Source: Thermodesulfobacteriota bacterium
GTDB taxonomy: Bacteria > Desulfobacterota > Binatia > Bin18
Assembly: GCA_964291405.2 (NCBI GenBank)
Contig: OZ219926.1
Coordinates: forward strand, 544,001 to 608,000
Direction: 5' to 3'
Length of the DNA stretch: 64,000 nucleotides
The notes below the pieces were generated by a model. The model had not been told where the DNA came from. It was given only the letters and a program-made list of their open reading frames with translations, and did no database searches. Positions within the stretch are counted from its first letter, which is position 1; the number at the start of each line of letters is the position of its first letter. This document shows, one piece after another, positions 7,308 through 17,449 of this stretch. The translations under genes and the position numbers were made by a program.

Positions 7308-8404
7308 CCAACCTTCAAGAGAACCACGGCACCCGCGTCCTTGCAGCGCTGAGTGGCGGAGTGGACAGTGCAGTCGCAACGGCTCTGCTTGTCGAGGCCG
7401 GCTACGAGGTTATTGCCATTTCCATGCTGCTCGCCGGATCGGCCGAGGGCCATGCGGGTAGTTGTTGCTCTATTGATGATTTTCAGGATGCACGCCGTGT
7501 GGCCGAACAACTCGGCATTCCGTATTACGTCCTCAACCTGAAAGAAGCCTTTCAAACGCGCGTCATTGATGTTTTCACTCAGGAATACCAGCACGGTCGG
7601 ACACCGAACCCCTGCCTGCTGTGCAACCGTGATCTCAAGTTTGACCTCTTATGGCAACGCGCACGCGAACTCGACGCCACGTATGTGGCTACCGGTCATT
7701 ATGCCCGGATTGGTTGGGATGAAGTGACCCGGACGGCCCGTCTCTTACGCGGTGCAGATCCGTATAAGGATCAATCGTACTTCCTGTTTACCCTCAACCA
7801 AGCCCAACTCAAACGCACCCTCTTTCCGGTTGGTCATCTGACCAAAGAGCAGGTCCGGGCCAAGGCACATGCGCTGGACTTGCGCATAGCCGAAAAGCCG
7901 GAGAGTCAGGATATTTGTTTTGTCCCGGATGGGAATTATGCTCGCTTTCTCGAACAGCGAATAGCATCTGATCGCGTTGTGTCAGGGGAAATTGTTGATC
8001 AGACGGGGCAGGTTTTAGGTTCACATTCTGGCATCCATCGCTTTACAATCGGCCAGCGACGCGGCCTGGGGCTCGGCGGATTGACTCAGCCTCATTATGT
8101 CACCCACATTGACCCTGCATCCGGCCGCGTGACCGTTGGTACACAGGAGCAACTCAAGAGGTACGGCCTTCGGGCAAAAGACGTCAATTGGGTATCAGGC
8201 AATCAACCGGAGAAAATCCAGGTTGCGGCCAAAATTCGCTATCGTCAGGACCCTATTGCCGCAACGGTCAGCGCCACCACCGCCACCACCGCAGAGGTGT
8301 GGTTTCAGGAGGCGTCTCCAGCTATCACGCCGGGACAGGCAGTCGTATTTTATGACGGCGATCTCGTGCTGGGCGGTGGCTGGATTGAGAGTCCTCTACC
8401 GTAA
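7262..8404 (+). CDS. mnmA: tRNA 2-thiouridine(34) synthase MnmA
   Basis: SGGVDS PP-loop, GSCCS, TPNPC..CN, ATGHYA, KDQSYFL, SQDICF and PGQAVVFY motifs. All usable start codons (7220/7232/7244/7262) lie in the repeat. Confidence 0.97.
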   Translation: MQHRALPLRRNSERSPNLQENHGTRVLAALSGGVDSAVATALLVEAGYEVIAISMLLAGSAEGHAGSCCSIDDFQDARRVAEQLGIPYYVLNLKEAFQTRVIDVFTQEYQHGRTPNPCLLCNRDLKFDLLWQRARELDATYVATGHYARIGWDEVTRTARLLRGADPYKDQSYFLFTLNQAQLKRTLFPVGHLTKEQVRAKAHALDLRIAEKPESQDICFVPDGNYARFLEQRIASDRVVSGEIVDQTGQVLGSHSGIHRFTIGQRRGLGLGGLTQPHYVTHIDPASGRVTVGTQEQLKRYGLRAKDVNWVSGNQPEKIQVAAKIRYRQDPIAATVSATTATTAEVWFQEASPAITPGQAVVFYDGDLVLGGGWIESPLP

Positions 8405-8418
8405 AGGATGCTGTATTC

Positions 8419-9804
8419 ATGTCGCTTGTCACCTCACTTGACATGACCTCTTCACCGCACACCTCGCGTCGTGTTGCCATCACCACCCTAGGTTGCAAAG
8501 TGAATCAGTATGACACGGCTACGCTGCAAGAGCGTCTCTCTGCAGCAGGCCACCAGTGTATCCCGTTTAGCGATGCGGCCGAAGTCTACATCATCAATAG
8601 CTGCACAGTCACCAATCAGGCAGACGCTGAGAGTCGCCAGTTGGTACGCCGGGCGAAGCGGCGCAACCCGGATGCCCTGGTTATTATGACCGGTTGTTAT
8701 GCTCAGGTGAGTCCCGAGGCCGTGGCTCACATACCCGAAGTGGACTATGTTGTTGGTCTCAATCGGCCCGATGATCTGGTGCGCCTGGTTGCTCAGGGAG
8801 CCCCAGCCACTCAGCCACCAGACCAGAATATTTTTGTCAGCAAGCTGCGGACCGCCAAGCATGAAGCCACACCAGGTATCAATACATTTGGGGCAGCGAC
8901 CTTTCAGGGCCAGACTCGGGCGTTTCTCAAAATTCAGGAAGGCTGCGACCTCTTCTGTACGTTTTGTATTGTGCCCATGTCACGCGGGAAAAGTCGCAGT
9001 ATTGCACCGCGTGTCATCCTGGAGCAGCTCGACCGCCTGGCCGACCAAGGCTTTCAGGAAGTAGTTCTGACCGGTATTCATCTGGGCGGCTATGGCGCAG
9101 ACCTCAATCCCCATGTCAGTCTAATCTGGTTGCTCGAAGCCCTGGAGGAACGGCGACCGGTTCCGCGAGTGCGTCTGAGTTCGCTCGACCCGCATGAAAT
9201 CAGCCCAGCCCTCATACAGCTCCTCACTCACTCCGAGATCCTGTGCCCCCATTTGCATATCCCTCTCCAATGGGGGGAGGATTCCATCTTGGCTCGGATG
9301 CGAAGGCGATACGACACTGCTCTCGCCAGAGACATTCTGACCGAACTGCGGGAGCGTTTACCAGACGCGGCCTTGGGGACGGACCTCATTGTCGGCTTTC
9401 CCGGTGAGGGCGAGGCGGAATTTGCCCAGGGAATAAGATTTTTGGAGGAAAGCCCCTTCACGTATTTTCACGTCTTTCCCTATTCAGTCCGGAGCGGGAC
9501 AACCGCGGCAAAGTTCACAGACCGAGTCCCCCCATCCGTTATCCAGGAGAGAGCAAGACAGGTTCGTGCACTCGGCGAACGCAAGAAGGCGGCCTTCATC
9601 CGTCAGTTTGAGTCTGAGACTTTACCGGTTCTTTTTGAGCATCAGCGGGACAGAGCCAGCGGACGACTCAAGGGCTATAGCCGCAACTATATCAGAGTCT
9701 ATGCGGACGGCAGTGATGACTACATGAACCGGGAAGTTCCGGTGAGAATGGCGCGGGCCGATGAGGGGTTACTGTCCGGTACTATTCTTCAGGACGCCGC
9801 ATGA
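8419..9804 (+). CDS. mtaB: tRNA t6A37 methylthiotransferase MtaB
   Basis: TLGCKVNQYD, NSCTVT, TGCYAQ and radical SAM KIQEGCDLFCTFC motifs. Confidence 0.93.
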   Translation: MSLVTSLDMTSSPHTSRRVAITTLGCKVNQYDTATLQERLSAAGHQCIPFSDAAEVYIINSCTVTNQADAESRQLVRRAKRRNPDALVIMTGCYAQVSPEAVAHIPEVDYVVGLNRPDDLVRLVAQGAPATQPPDQNIFVSKLRTAKHEATPGINTFGAATFQGQTRAFLKIQEGCDLFCTFCIVPMSRGKSRSIAPRVILEQLDRLADQGFQEVVLTGIHLGGYGADLNPHVSLIWLLEALEERRPVPRVRLSSLDPHEISPALIQLLTHSEILCPHLHIPLQWGEDSILARMRRRYDTALARDILTELRERLPDAALGTDLIVGFPGEGEAEFAQGIRFLEESPFTYFHVFPYSVRSGTTAAKFTDRVPPSVIQERARQVRALGERKKAAFIRQFESETLPVLFEHQRDRASGRLKGYSRNYIRVYADGSDDYMNREVPVRMARADEGLLSGTILQDAA

Positions 9805-9830
9805 AGAGTTGTGCTCGCGCTTTAAGACCT

Positions 9831-10544
9831 ATGTCTGATTCGACTGACATCACTGCTCTTCAGTCCATCCTCGGGTATACATTTACCAACCCAGCTCTCC
9901 TCCAACTCGCCTTAACGCACCGGTCTGCCCAACTTGAGGAGGGCGAAGAGCAAAACGAAAAACTGGAATTCTTAGGCGATGCCGTTTTAGGGCTCGTGAT
10001 GAGCGACCTCCTTTTCCGTCAGTTCCCTCAATACCGTGAAGGAGACTTATCAAAGATGCGCGCCTCGCTGGTCAACGCGGAAGTGCTCGCAGTCAAAGCC
10101 CAGACCCTCTCTCTCGGAGACTGGCTGCGTATGGGACGGGGCGAGGAGCGTAGCGGCGGCCGAGGCAAACCCTCTATCCTGGCCGCTGCGTACGAGGCCA
10201 TACTGGGTGCCATCTACCTCGATGGCGGCTTCCTTCCCGTCACCCTGCTCGTAGCCAAGCATTTTGCCGAAGACCTGCAAGAGACAGAGCGGATGGCCGC
10301 GTTTGATAGCAAAACCCGTTTACAGGAAATCACTCAAAAAATATTTAAACAAACCCCGTCCTACGAGGTTATCAAGGTGAACGGGCCTGACCACGAAAAG
10401 CGGTTTGTCAGCCAAGTATCCATAGCCGGGGAAATATACGGCCGGGGCGAGGGACGCAGCAAAAAACGCGCGCATCAGGCAGCAGCGTCCCAGACTCTCG
10501 AACTGCTCAAGCAGAAGAATCTCACGTCGCTGAAAGACGTATAA
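9831..10544 (+). CDS. rnc: Ribonuclease III
   Basis: ALTHRS, NEKLEFLGDAVL signature and a C-terminal dsRBD (KTRLQE, G.G.SKK.A). Confidence 0.97.
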   Translation: MSDSTDITALQSILGYTFTNPALLQLALTHRSAQLEEGEEQNEKLEFLGDAVLGLVMSDLLFRQFPQYREGDLSKMRASLVNAEVLAVKAQTLSLGDWLRMGRGEERSGGRGKPSILAAAYEAILGAIYLDGGFLPVTLLVAKHFAEDLQETERMAAFDSKTRLQEITQKIFKQTPSYEVIKVNGPDHEKRFVSQVSIAGEIYGRGEGRSKKRAHQAAASQTLELLKQKNLTSLKDV

Positions 10545-10552
10545 ATCGGGGC

Positions 10553-11635
10553 ATGATCTATTCCTTTCTGCGCCCGCTGTTTTTCGCCCTCGACCCTGAA
10601 CATGCCCACCACCTGTCACTCAATGCGCTGAAACTGCTCCAGGCGTCTCAGCGAAGACCAACGCCAGTATTCAGCCATCCACGGCTCGCCCAAGACCTCT
10701 GGGGCCTCCACTTTCCCAATCCCGTCGGTCTGGCAGCCGGCTACGACAAAAATGCGGCGGTTCCCCTGGTCTGGTCTACCCTGGGATTCGGGTTTGCCGA
10801 ATTGGGTACAATCACAGCCAAAGCTCAGCCTGGTAATCCAAAGCCACGTATTTTTCGTCTTGCTCAAGACAGGGCGCTCATTAACCGCTTGGGTTTTAAC
10901 AACGATGGCGCGCGCGCTATCGCCCAGCGCCTGCCGTCCCTTTTGTCTCCTCACAGTTCTCGGCCTATTCCTTTGGGCTTCAACATCGGCAAATCAAAAA
11001 TTACCTCCCTCAGCGATGCCGTGGCAGACTATCTCGAAAGTTGCGAAAAACTCCTCCCTTTTACAGACTATCTGGTTGTGAACGTCAGCTCTCCCAACAC
11101 GCCAGAACTCCGTAAACTGCAAGAGGCCGAACGATTGGGCCGATTACTCGAAGCCCTCCTTGCCTCTATGCAACAGTTCGCCGAGACGGCGCACGCTTCC
11201 CCTAAACCCCTCTTGGTCAAAATCGCCCCGGACCTCGACGCGGCCGCCATTGGAGAAATCGCCCAGCTTGCTCTGTCTGTCGGTGTCTCCGGCTTGATTG
11301 CGACAAATACCACCGTTGAACGGTCCGGACTCCGCGCAGGATCACATGAAACAGGCGGTCTGAGTGGCCACCCCCTTGCAGCACGCGCTCGCACAGTGCT
11401 ACGCACTGCCTACCGCGCGGTTGAAGGCAGGCTGCCCATCATTGGTGTGGGCGGGATATTCTCGGCAGAGGAGGCGTACGAACGCATACGTGCCGGGGCA
11501 TCATTGGTCCAGATTTATACCGGGCTGATTTATGAAGGCCCTTTTCTCGCCCAGCGGATTGTGCGGGGGCTGATACGAATTATAGAGAGAGAAGGATTGC
11601 CCCACCTCCGAGACGCAGTCGGCAGCGACGTCTAA
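10553..11635 (+). CDS. pyrD: Quinone-dependent dihydroorotate dehydrogenase (class 2)
   Basis: DPEHAH, NPVGLAAGYDKN, NVSSPNT, KIAPDL and GGLSG motifs. Confidence 0.96.
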   Translation: MIYSFLRPLFFALDPEHAHHLSLNALKLLQASQRRPTPVFSHPRLAQDLWGLHFPNPVGLAAGYDKNAAVPLVWSTLGFGFAELGTITAKAQPGNPKPRIFRLAQDRALINRLGFNNDGARAIAQRLPSLLSPHSSRPIPLGFNIGKSKITSLSDAVADYLESCEKLLPFTDYLVVNVSSPNTPELRKLQEAERLGRLLEALLASMQQFAETAHASPKPLLVKIAPDLDAAAIGEIAQLALSVGVSGLIATNTTVERSGLRAGSHETGGLSGHPLAARARTVLRTAYRAVEGRLPIIGVGGIFSAEEAYERIRAGASLVQIYTGLIYEGPFLAQRIVRGLIRIIEREGLPHLRDAVGSDV

Positions 11636-11713
11636 CCTATCTATGCCAGCAGAGCGGTCGAGATCCGCCTGGATTTTATCGGCCTCCATACTCTGGCACA
11701 CCAGTGCTGCGCT

Positions 11714-12877
11714 TTAGCCAACAACACACGCCTGAGCCAAATCGGAAAATAACGCCCAGCGCTCAATGCTCCGCGGCTCCTCAATAAGACCGCTGGTCAG
11801 ACCCACGAAAGTGAGGGCACGAACCGGGTCGGCCCAGGCCATGATGCTGCTGGCACCGGCATGGCCGTATGTTCGTGGCGAGGCGAGCGTACCAAAATAT
11901 GAGGGGAAGATGCCGCTCCCGCGTACCCAATACCCCAAGCCGCGATTCGCCGGGGCAACCGGCCATTGTTTTGCCACGCGTATGGGTTCGATCAGCCGGT
12001 CTTCCATATCACCGGTGTGAATCGTGGTCGCCAGCTCAACCAGGGCTGGACTGAGCAAACGGACGCCGTCAAGCTCGCCCCCGTTGAGCCACATTTGGTA
12101 GAAACGCGCCAAATCATACACAGTGGAATACGAGCCACCGCCCGGAATAGCTGCGGCCTGCACTTCAGGGGCGTTGAAGGCTTCCAGAAACGACATGGGA
12201 AACGGAACGCCACCCTCATCGAGTGCTTGGACTGGCACCCGGCGTTCTTGCATATCGGACCGGACGCCCATGTAGGAGTCGTGCATGCCTAATGGGCCGT
12301 ACAGATCCTCTTGGCACATTTGGGCAAAGCTGCGCTTACCACCGTCTACCCGGCGGGCAATCTCAGCTAAAATCCACGACCCCGTCAGCGCGTGATAGTG
12401 TACGGCTTTCCCCGGTTCAAACTCTAACGGCTGGGCACAGATGCGGGCGATCGTGGCATCCCAATCTCCCCACTTTGACATCGGCCAGTCTATAGCCATA
12501 GTCGGGAATCCAGCCGTGTGAGTCATCGCCTGAGAGACGGTGACACTCCGCTTGCCGGCAGCGGCAAACTCCGGGATATAATCCGCGACTTTATCAAACA
12601 GCTTGACCTCACCTTGGTCAACTTTCATGAGTAACATCGTAGCGGTGATGGGCTTAGTGGTCGAAAACAAACAGAAGATGTCATCCGTTTTTGCTACCCG
12701 ACCCTTGGGCGGTTCCGAGTGGCCAAGCGCTCGCGCGGCAACGATCTTGCCGTGTCGGGCAAGTAGAAACGCGCCACCAAACAACCAGCCTTCCTCGATT
12801 TTACGCTCCACTACTGAAAAAAAACGTTCGACCCTGGTCGGGTCCATACCAACTGCTTGAGGTTCAACTGTCTGCAT
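11714..12877 (-). CDS. Serine hydrolase, beta-lactamase class C / esterase family VIII-like
   Basis: FSTTK (SxxK), MTHTAG, FEPG..HY and GHAG motifs. Confidence 0.85.
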   Translation of the reverse strand: MQTVEPQAVGMDPTRVERFFSVVERKIEEGWLFGGAFLLARHGKIVAARALGHSEPPKGRVAKTDDIFCLFSTTKPITATMLLMKVDQGEVKLFDKVADYIPEFAAAGKRSVTVSQAMTHTAGFPTMAIDWPMSKWGDWDATIARICAQPLEFEPGKAVHYHALTGSWILAEIARRVDGGKRSFAQMCQEDLYGPLGMHDSYMGVRSDMQERRVPVQALDEGGVPFPMSFLEAFNAPEVQAAAIPGGGSYSTVYDLARFYQMWLNGGELDGVRLLSPALVELATTIHTGDMEDRLIEPIRVAKQWPVAPANRGLGYWVRGSGIFPSYFGTLASPRTYGHAGASSIMAWADPVRALTFVGLTSGLIEEPRSIERWALFSDLAQACVVG

Positions 12878-12916
12878 GCTTTATCCTCCCTTTGGTAAGT
12901 GTCTGTGGCACTCCGG

Positions 12917-13738
12917 TTAAGCCTCTGGTGGCTTTATCGTCATCCCCATAATGTTATAGCCACCGTCAATATGCACGATCTCACCGGTAATTTTTTCAGC
13001 CATTGGGCTGCATAAAAAAAGCGCCACTTTACCTGCATCCGTGTTCCGAATTTCCTCGCGCAACGGTGCATATTCGCGCATATGATTCTGCATAATCTCG
13101 AAACCGGGGATACTGGTTCCGGCCTTAGTCGCAGTCGGACCGGGCGAAAGCGCATTGACTCGGATACGATGCGGCGCCAGGTCAAAGGCAAGATTCCTGA
13201 TGATATTGTCAAGCGCCGCCTTGGTAATACTCATGAGTTGGTAGCCGGGAATGACCTTTTCGCCTGCGTAATAAGTCATGGCCAAAATGCACCCGCCCCG
13301 GTCCTTCATGAGCGGGAACGCGCCCCGTGCCAGCGTAATCAGCGAATACGCGCTGACATCCATGGCCAAAGCAAAATCCGCGCGTGAGATGTTCACGAAA
13401 CGTTGCCCAAAAGACGTTGGCGGGGCATACGCAATGGAGTGAATCAGATAGTCCAGATGTCCGAACTCCTGCTCGACCTGTGAGAAAAGTCGTTCAACCT
13501 GTTCGTCCTTACTCACATCGCACTCAGCAATCAGCGGATTATTCAGTTGGTCCGGGATATCTCCCATCATACGCCGGACGGCTCTCCGCTGAATGGAGAG
13601 GGCAATCCGAGCGCCGCCGTCGTTGAGCATCTTGGCGATGGGCCAGCCTATGGAATTTTCGTCCAGCACACCCGCGACCAGGGCGGTTTTCCCAGAGAAG
13701 TCAAGCAAGCTTCCCACATTTTCATTACGATCAACCAT
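12917..13738 (-). CDS. fabI: Enoyl-ACP reductase FabI
   Basis: HSIAYAP, MDVSAYSL, Y-x6-K (YQLMSITK), RVNALSPGP and TGE..HIDGG motifs. Start ATG 13738 follows GGAGG. Confidence 0.88.
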   Translation of the reverse strand: MVDRNENVGSLLDFSGKTALVAGVLDENSIGWPIAKMLNDGGARIALSIQRRAVRRMMGDIPDQLNNPLIAECDVSKDEQVERLFSQVEQEFGHLDYLIHSIAYAPPTSFGQRFVNISRADFALAMDVSAYSLITLARGAFPLMKDRGGCILAMTYYAGEKVIPGYQLMSITKAALDNIIRNLAFDLAPHRIRVNALSPGPTATKAGTSIPGFEIMQNHMREYAPLREEIRNTDAGKVALFLCSPMAEKITGEIVHIDGGYNIMGMTIKPPEA

Positions 13739-13782
13739 TCTCCCTCCAGTTCCCCCGTGCGGCCCTTGCGCCGTGAAAGACT

Positions 13783-14226
13783 TCACACAAACTTTCTGCG
13801 GTGCGGAAAGGTCAGCGCCAACAGAATAAGAAGTATCACGGCATAGAACAGCCCAAAGCCAACGATGCGCTCGGACTCGTTATAGACCCGTGCCCATATC
13901 ACGTATGAGACCAGCATATAACCAACGCTGAACACGACCAGATGCCAGCCAAAACGCCGCATTGTCCAGAGATGATACGCGAGGCTGCCCGCAACCAGCA
14001 GTTGCAAGGCGTGCATGAGTTGGGCAGACAGGCCGAACACGCGAAAGCCCAAAATGACACTGACCGGACCTTCAGCATAGGACCGCTCAAACGGAGCAAT
14101 AATGTCCCAGACAATAAACAGGCCCGCATAGGCAGCCACCAGACACGCCGCAATAGTCACCATAAGCGGACGTGTCGGACGAGACGAATAGCGGGGCTGA
14201 GTGTGCGTCGCGGCCATCAAGCACAA
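13783..14226 (-). CDS. Hypothetical membrane protein, about 4 TM helices
   Basis: Four hydrophobic stretches. It fills the gap between the crotonase gene and fabI on the same strand. Confidence 0.6.
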   Translation of the reverse strand: MCLMAATHTQPRYSSRPTRPLMVTIAACLVAAYAGLFIVWDIIAPFERSYAEGPVSVILGFRVFGLSAQLMHALQLLVAGSLAYHLWTMRRFGWHLVVFSVGYMLVSYVIWARVYNESERIVGFGLFYAVILLILLALTFPHRRKFV

Positions 14227-14255
14227 AGACCCTCAAGGGTCTCCTTTCCCGGTGT

Positions 14256-15044
14256 TTATTGCCCGGTGAATCGGGGCTCCCTTTTCTCCACAAAAGACTG
14301 AATCGCCTCTCTATGGTCTGCCGTATGAAAACAGTGCTTTTCTATCGATAGGGAAGTATCGAGAACGAGGTTGACCGTGTCACGGAGAATTTTATTCACC
14401 GAGACCTTGGTCCCCCGAATCGCCATACGCGGGCCATTCGCCATTCGGGTCGCAAAGGCCAGGGCTTTTTCCATAAGCTGATCCGCGGGAACGACATGGT
14501 TGACAAGACCGATACGCTCGGCCTCTTCGGCTTTCACTAAGTCGCCGGTCATGAGAAACTCCTTGGCTTTAGCCGTCCCAATCAACCAGGGCCAGATAAT
14601 GGCTCCCCCGTCTCCAGCAACCACTCCGACGCGGACATGAGGGTCACCAATTTTTGCGTTATCCGCCGCATAAATGACATCGGAGAAGAGCGCCAGGGTG
14701 GCGCCCAAGCCGGTTGCCGGACCGTTGACCGCAGCGATAATCGGCTGTTCCACTTCCAGCATGTCGATAATGATCTTGCGCGCCTCGATGAAGAGCGCGT
14801 CCAACTGCGCGGACGTCATATCCTGGAACCACTTGATATCACCACCCGCACAGAACGCGCGGCCTTTGCCCGTCAGTACCACAGCCTCCGTCTCAGTATC
14901 CTGAGCGATATCGGCAAAGATCTGGGACAGTTCGGTATGCAACTGGGCGTTAATGGCATTCAGGGCTTGCGGACGGTTGAATGAGACCGTCAACACCTTC
15001 CCTGCGCGTTCTGCGTGGAGACATTCGTAACGGCTATAGTCCAT
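14256..15044 (-). CDS. Enoyl-CoA hydratase/isomerase (crotonase) family protein
   Basis: NRPQALNA, AFCAGGDI, PIIAAVNG and DPHVRVGVVAGDGG motifs. Confidence 0.92.
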   Translation of the reverse strand: MDYSRYECLHAERAGKVLTVSFNRPQALNAINAQLHTELSQIFADIAQDTETEAVVLTGKGRAFCAGGDIKWFQDMTSAQLDALFIEARKIIIDMLEVEQPIIAAVNGPATGLGATLALFSDVIYAADNAKIGDPHVRVGVVAGDGGAIIWPWLIGTAKAKEFLMTGDLVKAEEAERIGLVNHVVPADQLMEKALAFATRMANGPRMAIRGTKVSVNKILRDTVNLVLDTSLSIEKHCFHTADHREAIQSFVEKREPRFTGQ

Positions 15045-15137
15045 TGGCTCTCCCTCCTTTTCTTCTTAACCAAGGCAGCCTATCATCAGGGCGGCTTATT
15101 ATCGGTCAGGCAGCATCAACGATCAAGGGAAGGTGTT

Positions 15138-16106
15138 ATGCGGATTTACTTTTGCCGACAGGGTTTGACTTATGTGTGCCGTATCCTTCGACAGGAATTG
15201 CCTGAGGATGACGTTCTTGATTGCCCACCCGATGCTGTTCCGGAAGCAGCCCGGCACGCGGATGTCTTGATCCCAACAGTCTCACCTATCGGCAGCGATG
15301 CGCTACAGTCGCCTCGGCTGCAGCTCGTTCAGCAGTACGGCGCGGGTTTGGACTCGGTCGATATTCCGGCGGCTACCGCTGCGGGTATCTACGTGGCGAA
15401 TGTGCCAACGGCCGGAACTGGCAATGCCGAGTCCGTTGCCGAGCTTGCCCTGTTTTTCATGCTCGGTCTGGCCAGAAAATACCGGCAGACTCAAGAGAGT
15501 ATCCAAAACAGAGTCCTGGGATCACCGATGGGGCAAGCCCTCAAGGGTAAAACAGTCGCCATTATTGGCTATGGCGGCATTGGGCGGGCCCTTGCCTGGC
15601 GTTTGACCAGCTTTGAAATGCACATCCTGGCCGTTTCCCGCCGGGGACCAACGGCAGACAAGTCTGATGACGGTCCGTCCATCGTCCAGCACGTTGCGCA
15701 GGACGAATTTCATGCCGTCCTACGAGAAGCCGATTTTGCAATTACCGCCCCGCCTCTGAATGACGAAACGCGCGGCCTCATGGGCCAAGCCGAGTTCGCC
15801 TGCCTGAAGCCGGAAGCCTTTGTGATCAACGTCGCCCGTGGGCCGGTATTAGACTACACGGCCCTGCTGGCCGCCCTAAAGGAGGGCCGTATTGCCGGCG
15901 CGGGTCTGGACGTGTTCTGGTCCGAGCCCTTTGATCCGAACGACGAAATTTTCCAGTACAACGTCCTGGCGACCCCGCATATAGGCGGCGCAACCGATGT
16001 CAGCCTCCAAGGCATAGCCAAGCGGGTGGCTGAGAATGTAAACCGGCTACGCAGGGGCGAAATGCCTCTGAACTGCGTCAACGCAGAGGTGAAGCCGAAG
16101 GGGTAA
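15138..16106 (+). CDS. D-isomer-specific 2-hydroxyacid dehydrogenase
   Basis: IIGYGGIG, INVARG, GAGLDVF..EP and ATPHIGG motifs. Confidence 0.92.
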   Translation: MRIYFCRQGLTYVCRILRQELPEDDVLDCPPDAVPEAARHADVLIPTVSPIGSDALQSPRLQLVQQYGAGLDSVDIPAATAAGIYVANVPTAGTGNAESVAELALFFMLGLARKYRQTQESIQNRVLGSPMGQALKGKTVAIIGYGGIGRALAWRLTSFEMHILAVSRRGPTADKSDDGPSIVQHVAQDEFHAVLREADFAITAPPLNDETRGLMGQAEFACLKPEAFVINVARGPVLDYTALLAALKEGRIAGAGLDVFWSEPFDPNDEIFQYNVLATPHIGGATDVSLQGIAKRVAENVNRLRRGEMPLNCVNAEVKPKG

Positions 16107-16205
16107 TTTTCAAAATATTCCCGGTATCCAGGTATGCAGAGATCAAAGAGAACGCCTTTCCACCTCGAAGTTGCCGCATAGATTTCTGTTTCCAAACCCA
16201 GCAAT

Positions 16206-16237
16206 AAAAAAGGCAGAGAGTTTTCTCCTCTCCGCCT
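16206..16237 (-). terminator. Intrinsic terminator of gltA
   Basis: Minus strand reads AGGCGGAGAG-GAGAAAA-CTCTCTGCCT-TTTTT. Confidence 0.75.
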
Positions 16238-16260
16238 CGTATCGGGTTGCGAAATAAATG

Positions 16261-17394
16261 CTACGGTCGTTGTTCTGACGAGATATACGGGGATTGGTGA
16301 CTCCCGGTGTATACCTGTGTCGGTCGAAAGATACGGTTGTTCTTGAGCTGCTCGTGCCAGTGGGCCAGCCAGCCAGCCACCCGGGCAATGGCAAAGATCG
16401 GTGTGAACTGATCGATGGGAATGTCCAGCTTGTCATAGACTACGCCGGAGTAAAAATCGACGTTCGAGGCAATCCCTTTTGCTCCGACCCGCTCGCTGAT
16501 GATCTTCTCAACCTCTTGGGCGACCTTGTACAGCGGATGCTCACCCTTGGCTTCAAACAGCTTGAGGGCCAGACCTTGCAGAGCGTTCGCTCGTGGGTCC
16601 TTGACCTTGTATACCCGGTGACCCATGCCCATGATTTTTTGTTTGGCTGCCAGACGCGCTTCGATAAACGGCTTGGCATTGTCCACTGTTCCGATCTCCT
16701 GGAACATCTTGAGCGCTTGCTCATTAGCTCCGCCGTGGAGGGGACCGGTCAGGGCGCCAATAGCCGACGACACCATGGTATACGGGTCGGCCTCGGTAGA
16801 CCCGACGACCAAGCCGCTGAACGTCGAGGCATTCATCGTATGCTCAGCGTGTAGAATCAGGCATACGTCCATAATCCGCGCATCAAGCGGGTCGGGCTCC
16901 TCCTCGTTTAGCATCCACAGAAAATTCGCCGCATGAGACAGATCGTCCCGTGGCCGAACTGGTTCGTCGCCGTGGCGCATGCGCTCAAAGGCCGCCACAA
17001 TGGTCGGCATCTTGGCAATGAGGCGAATGGTCGACCAGTAGCGCTGCGTTTCATCTCGGATATCCCGGGCTGGATAAAACATACCCATGGCGGCCACCGC
17101 GGCCTGGAGCATGTCCATGGGATGACCATTTTCCGGCATGCATTTCATCATATCGAGAATGCGATACTTGACCCGCCGGTGGGTACGCAGATCTTGATCA
17201 AAGTTCTTGAGTTCGTCACGAGTGGGCAGTTTCCCAAACAGGAGCAGATACGCTACTTCCTCATAGGTACTCTTCTCAGCCAGCTCCTCAATTGAGATGC
17301 CACGGTATTCCAGGATGCCCTCTAGGCCATTAATGAAGCCGATTTCCGACTCCATAATGGGCACCCCTTCTAGTCCGGGTACCAGTTTTTCCAT
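16261..17394 (-). CDS. gltA: Citrate synthase
   Basis: GLEGV, LHAEH..NASTF, GPLHGGANE, GMGHRVYK..DPR, NVDFYSG and RP.Q.Y motifs. Confidence 0.95.
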   Translation of the reverse strand: MEKLVPGLEGVPIMESEIGFINGLEGILEYRGISIEELAEKSTYEEVAYLLLFGKLPTRDELKNFDQDLRTHRRVKYRILDMMKCMPENGHPMDMLQAAVAAMGMFYPARDIRDETQRYWSTIRLIAKMPTIVAAFERMRHGDEPVRPRDDLSHAANFLWMLNEEEPDPLDARIMDVCLILHAEHTMNASTFSGLVVGSTEADPYTMVSSAIGALTGPLHGGANEQALKMFQEIGTVDNAKPFIEARLAAKQKIMGMGHRVYKVKDPRANALQGLALKLFEAKGEHPLYKVAQEVEKIISERVGAKGIASNVDFYSGVVYDKLDIPIDQFTPIFAIARVAGWLAHWHEQLKNNRIFRPTQVYTGSHQSPYISSEQRP

Positions 17395-17449
17395 ATATCA
17401 ACCTTTCTACGCGTTCACCAATCTTCCGCATGTAAGCCAGGATATGACC

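Noticed and set aside
8271-8292. Short tandem repeat GCCACCACC x2 in mnmA
   Set aside because: It is an in-frame low-complexity ATTATTA peptide in a variable region and too short to suggest phase variation.
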